Virus record (IMG/VR): IMGVR_UViG_3300034121_000940
Span: 57,673-121,672 of that record
Reading direction: 5' to 3' (one strand)
Origin: a virus
DNA length: 64,000 nt
Position numbers and translations under genes: made by a program. Every line of letters starts with the position of its first letter. Position 1 is the first letter of the stretch. A model generated the notes under the pieces. That model saw nothing but the letters and a program-made list of their open reading frames with translations, made no database searches and was not told where the DNA came from. Shown in pieces: positions 62,601 through 64,000 of this stretch.

Positions 62601-64000
62601 AGATTCAAAAATATGTCTAATACCAAATTTATTTATAAAGTTTGGATCAGATACTACACCAGCAATTGTTGGATTAGAAGTATCCATCATAATCCCTAAT
62701 GCATTTAAGAATGATACAACATTCTTAGGGTTTAAATTATTCTTAAAGTCTTTAACTAATCTATCTAAGTAAAGCACTTTATTTTCTGAGATATATTTAG
62801 ATTGAGCTACAGTCTTAAAATTAATTTGCCAGTCTCTTAAAACTTTGCTTCTATCAAAATCAGTTCTTTGAAGTCTTGCTTCTGCTAGATTATCTTTAGC
62901 ACCTTTTTGAATATTTAAGTTTAACTGTACATAAGACAATCTTGGTTTTTTAAGATCTTGCCAGAATTTAGTTTCAATAGTAAATTCACTTTTGTCAGCA
63001 TAATCTTTTTTAGTTGGATCTGGTAAGTAAGATAATAACTGTAAAAACTCAGGGTTATCAACTACACCATCTGAAAGTCTCTTGTACATTTCTTCTTTAT
63101 CAAAAGAACCAGCTACAACTTTAGCAACCTTACTCCACATTTCTCTCTCATCTAATAACACAGGAAGACCTGTTTGAGGATCTATTTCATACTCAACAGC
63201 CATACTTTGTTTTCCCGCATCATCTGTAGTTACAGTAATTTTGTTTCTATCTATTTTGTATATACTAGATAGAATAGTTTTAGTTTCTTGACTAGCAGCT
63301 TCTCTTGAAGAGAAAATGTTACCACCATCAAGTCTAACAATTCTAGAGTTATTAATATCAGTTGGGTCTTCTTCTAACTCAACAAATTTGTTTGCTAGTA
63401 TTTTAAACTTAGAATTTTGTAAGTGAAAAGCAATAACACCTTTCTGGTCTTTACCAGCAATTGTTTTTTCTATGTCTCCAAAATTATCAAGTACTTTAGC
63501 CAAGAAAGTTAATTGATTTAATTCTTCAGGGTCTACATCAATACCTTCAGCAGCTCTGGTTGCAAAACGTTCCCTTAAATCATCTAATTTTTTAGATAGT
63601 TTATTCTCTAATAACTTATATAAAAATGTTCTGTTGTTATTAGTTTGTAGAACTTTTACTGGTCCTGAAGTAACACCAAACTTATTATTAAATGCAGTAA
63701 ACACTTCAGGAAGCATGCTATCTAGATAGTTTACTATCTTTAATGATTCAGCTGAATCAAAAGGTTCATATTTAGCAGCAACATCCCTTACAGCAGTAAT
63801 AGCTTTAGCTCTGTTTAATTGTGTAAACATTATGTTATCTGTAGAAGCCTTCATGTTTTGCAACAATTCAGGTTTTTCAGATGCTACATATAGTTTATCA
63901 AATAATTCTTTTATTGAAGCAATGTCTCTTGGTCTTGTAGCTAAGTCTTGTTTATTTACTTTACCAAAGATGTTATTTAGGAAGCTGTAAATTCTTCTAA
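56667..64000 (-). CDS. virion-packaged RNA polymerase (crAss-type, two-barrel), N-terminus beyond the window
   Basis: RIPVQG...SGGDFDIDKL catalytic motif, DGQG and K.SL.P; frame stays open from 63866 to the window end. Confidence 0.9.
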   Translation of the reverse strand, partial: RRIYSFLNNIFGKVNKQDLATRPRDIASIKELFDKLYVASEKPELLQNMKASTDNIMFTQLNRAKAITAVRDVAAKYEPFDSAESLKIVNYLDSMLPEVFTAFNNKFGVTSGPVKVLQTNNNRTFLYKLLENKLSKKLDDLRERFATRAAEGIDVDPEELNQLTFLAKVLDNFGDIEKTIAGKDQKGVIAFHLQNSKFKILANKFVELEEDPTDINNSRIVRLDGGNIFSSREAASQETKTILSSIYKIDRNKITVTTDDAGKQSMAVEYEIDPQTGLPVLLDEREMWSKVAKVVAGSFDKEEMYKRLSDGVVDNPEFLQLLSYLPDPTKKDYADKSEFTIETKFWQDLKKPRLSYVQLNLNIQKGAKDNLAEARLQRTDFDRSKVLRDWQINFKTVAQSKYISENKVLYLDRLVKDFKNNLNPKNVVSFLNALGIMMDTSNPTIAGVVSDPNFINKFGIRHIFESLEHINNTNSSEKAKFVKDPLEYLKSALPSSLDPGKAFDSSSRIKELANIQVRFSDKYSNFSAISPEGNRVWEHFLDNTFTRIMTSLNHAKSWQQLTNPDADPNGIFRHMRYLAYDNNTYTPHSILLKSLFNSLLDVNNPGGKKDNKLVIQNVAGTQLIDKNTNKSTGISTASMDATSKYLQEIHTMLMNGVEEFMRHASKQMSQGIVLKNGLNTYGNKSAKNLYIDLEKFLPTTNSGEDYAFDILSGYLAGEVNRIFRFNSDLDKYSQFTGYTRDVERKTGEVVMSGQALTAFEDVLSKPTQEKIYKIVDQASNTKNTSFNFEDVYEDNPALTAEIRKDIATYFNLLTKDLKTELDKAKFIDPALRNRVESKGVELTVDESDTTLLKAYAYNSWIHKFETAILGYGDLAQYNHAKEEFHKRNAGFGSGGLGFASDLKSRSFVNKMTKLFDPTKKPFDGTLTTGIIKERKIKESLYYDEYYDALVKDYTKRLGDKAKAEELAKTALKEYKGMKIGDGQGHISFETYRILKELEGNWLPEQEELYKKLANGEEVSVADIVHYFPPYKLQYCGAMETTGLPLVSFHKFSLAPIIPGVAKKGTPLYDLNEKMIAEGMDYVVFESGSKVGHLGNGDAIIDDNGNIIKNVPFTKNVIFTEYLKNQTEVNSEFKGKSIFSTQMRKLILDNLYENGVINSPNEEDVVSPLVKRYLDNVSDYTELVKLELLEEIGFDETPDGGYKPRDKESIGKLLSLVRNNLEREESYSDDMINFIDALDSGELLHDLSLHPEALKIEKLLLSLINKRVIKQKVKGEPLVQVSSAFYENNLTESPKFRNATDADKKKWVGSNLLPTYHQGADGKTRAMKVMIALQGDYANLLNLEYNGQIIGDIKTLNRAIKDDEWLDANNGVNRKAITLVGVRIPVQGLNSMEFMEVYEFLPAQAGNIIIPPAEIVAKSGGDFDIDKLTIFMTNIDMDGKLKERIYKNTEELKASSQNIKENKEESITKVFKQQKAGVENDLMNDIKEILELPQNFVSLITPNGTFLLKGIAEDLARDVMEFDPFKNYMTDTTIEPEEGKKIISATRVLEPLYNLYKHESNIVGKKTLGLGAVENTMNVLLNSIGALMPETYTNYKGQSRSTTLGLRHNVRTVNGKERISLSNLYDVDNTNKIADVFSQAMNGWVDVEKDAWIFFIQGNYEVAPILLYLVKAGVPVKEAIYFVSQPLVREYVTEQRLAKSTFAEVLGKAPDQKSFVKYQAASNIIDKYFNPSVLPSKSKGTTRFEVGREMFDNYMKDRKSKQFTEKEMLDLIKESKNVRSAKSSDLSLTMFLHYLDIEDQIKGITQIKMNANPDTNTKSVLSDIETSEGRLENLENNPELQPIISSLMKDSIISSFFNNKLALSLAAPLFKLRYNPAIRAFLKQKDDENNLVENIKTTFGEDGRDNYLNTFRNDLVSYIFQNALGKTDIKKGYMSYDAKEVPTKEMLSDKFGAFVKTNTDGSKTLYYNLKNLLEKYNSKEWSNKADEPNNYSQLGLHPVPDNTFTIAKGNNAETYARFVIEREYLRSVYPIAETGMEKAEYEEFLANRALDNTLNVNHMFRDPQNAFALRIYNVITSNPKLVNKFDILSKLQVDNNTSDTMFNLELVDRDIDNIKANIYTKNLTDLADPVVLKTLAKDLNLSDQDIDYISDLFSRLPLFAYMQSGINKTKANLVPYVSTEPFLNIMDTAVDDFTKLLADPGKASRLLEDFYNKFNAQNSFSNKEKSRFKNYFTDINFSKVGTGGVAQPATEAVEEQTNNLTTTSDPNIFIFDDAKTKTADYYRQLTSSNSTVGFVYNASKHELDKNVTIGSQSFLRFVSPDTALPFITSFGNDAADRSDNFSNLAADKYQSVKNYFDRKIQELKDAKDSGSKIAFPIEGIGNVNKMPQELFVYLSKRLFEELGYLNPGSTMYKDITEILNNKQGISDDEILASLGFESDPFNCV

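Noticed and set aside
542-62772. Shadow ORFs antisense to or nested in real genes (e.g. 542-829, 4423-4989, 7942-8154, 14154-14402, 30226-30489, 38459-38749, 55079-55453, 62254-62772)
   Set aside because: They overlap better-supported genes and show the S/L/I/F-rich composition typical of opposite-strand read-outs.
1-64000. Stop-codon reassignment, as in some crAss-like phages
   Set aside because: Standard-code ORFs tile both blocks, including proteins over 2000 aa. TAG and TGA end genes, and the three broken genes are explained by introns.

Overview
An AT-rich, densely coding segment of a crAss-like phage (Crassvirales or a close relative) with a Bacteroidota host. The assignment rests on a giant virion RNA polymerase with the GGDFDIDKL motif, TAnnTTTG host-type promoters and the gene layout. 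The standard genetic code gives full coding density. There are three blocks. (1) 1-13.8 kb, minus strand: a PD-(D/E)XK nuclease, an HU-like protein, a lysis cassette, tail-fibre and collagen proteins, GroES, two candidate anti-defence sponge proteins and tRNA-Asn. (2) 14.2-50.0 kb, plus strand: early and replication genes (SF2 helicase, ClpS, GH73, SplB-like radical SAM, UDG, DnaB, Sak4-like ATPase, primase, vWA/MoxR pair, PolB, ThyX, MazG-like). Three of these genes are split by group I introns whose splice sites can be read from the sequence. (3) 50.0-64 kb, minus strand: two giant virion proteins, including the vRNAP, which runs off the window. The most unusual signals are non-coding: a twister ribozyme near the strand switch, three hairpin-plus-CCCTCT/ATCAACC repeats (candidate vRNAP promoters), and a ~1 kb structured-RNA island with a tRNA-Leu-like molecule whose anticodon loop is replaced by a ~70-nt structured domain. 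All calls were made by eye; no searches or folding programs were run.
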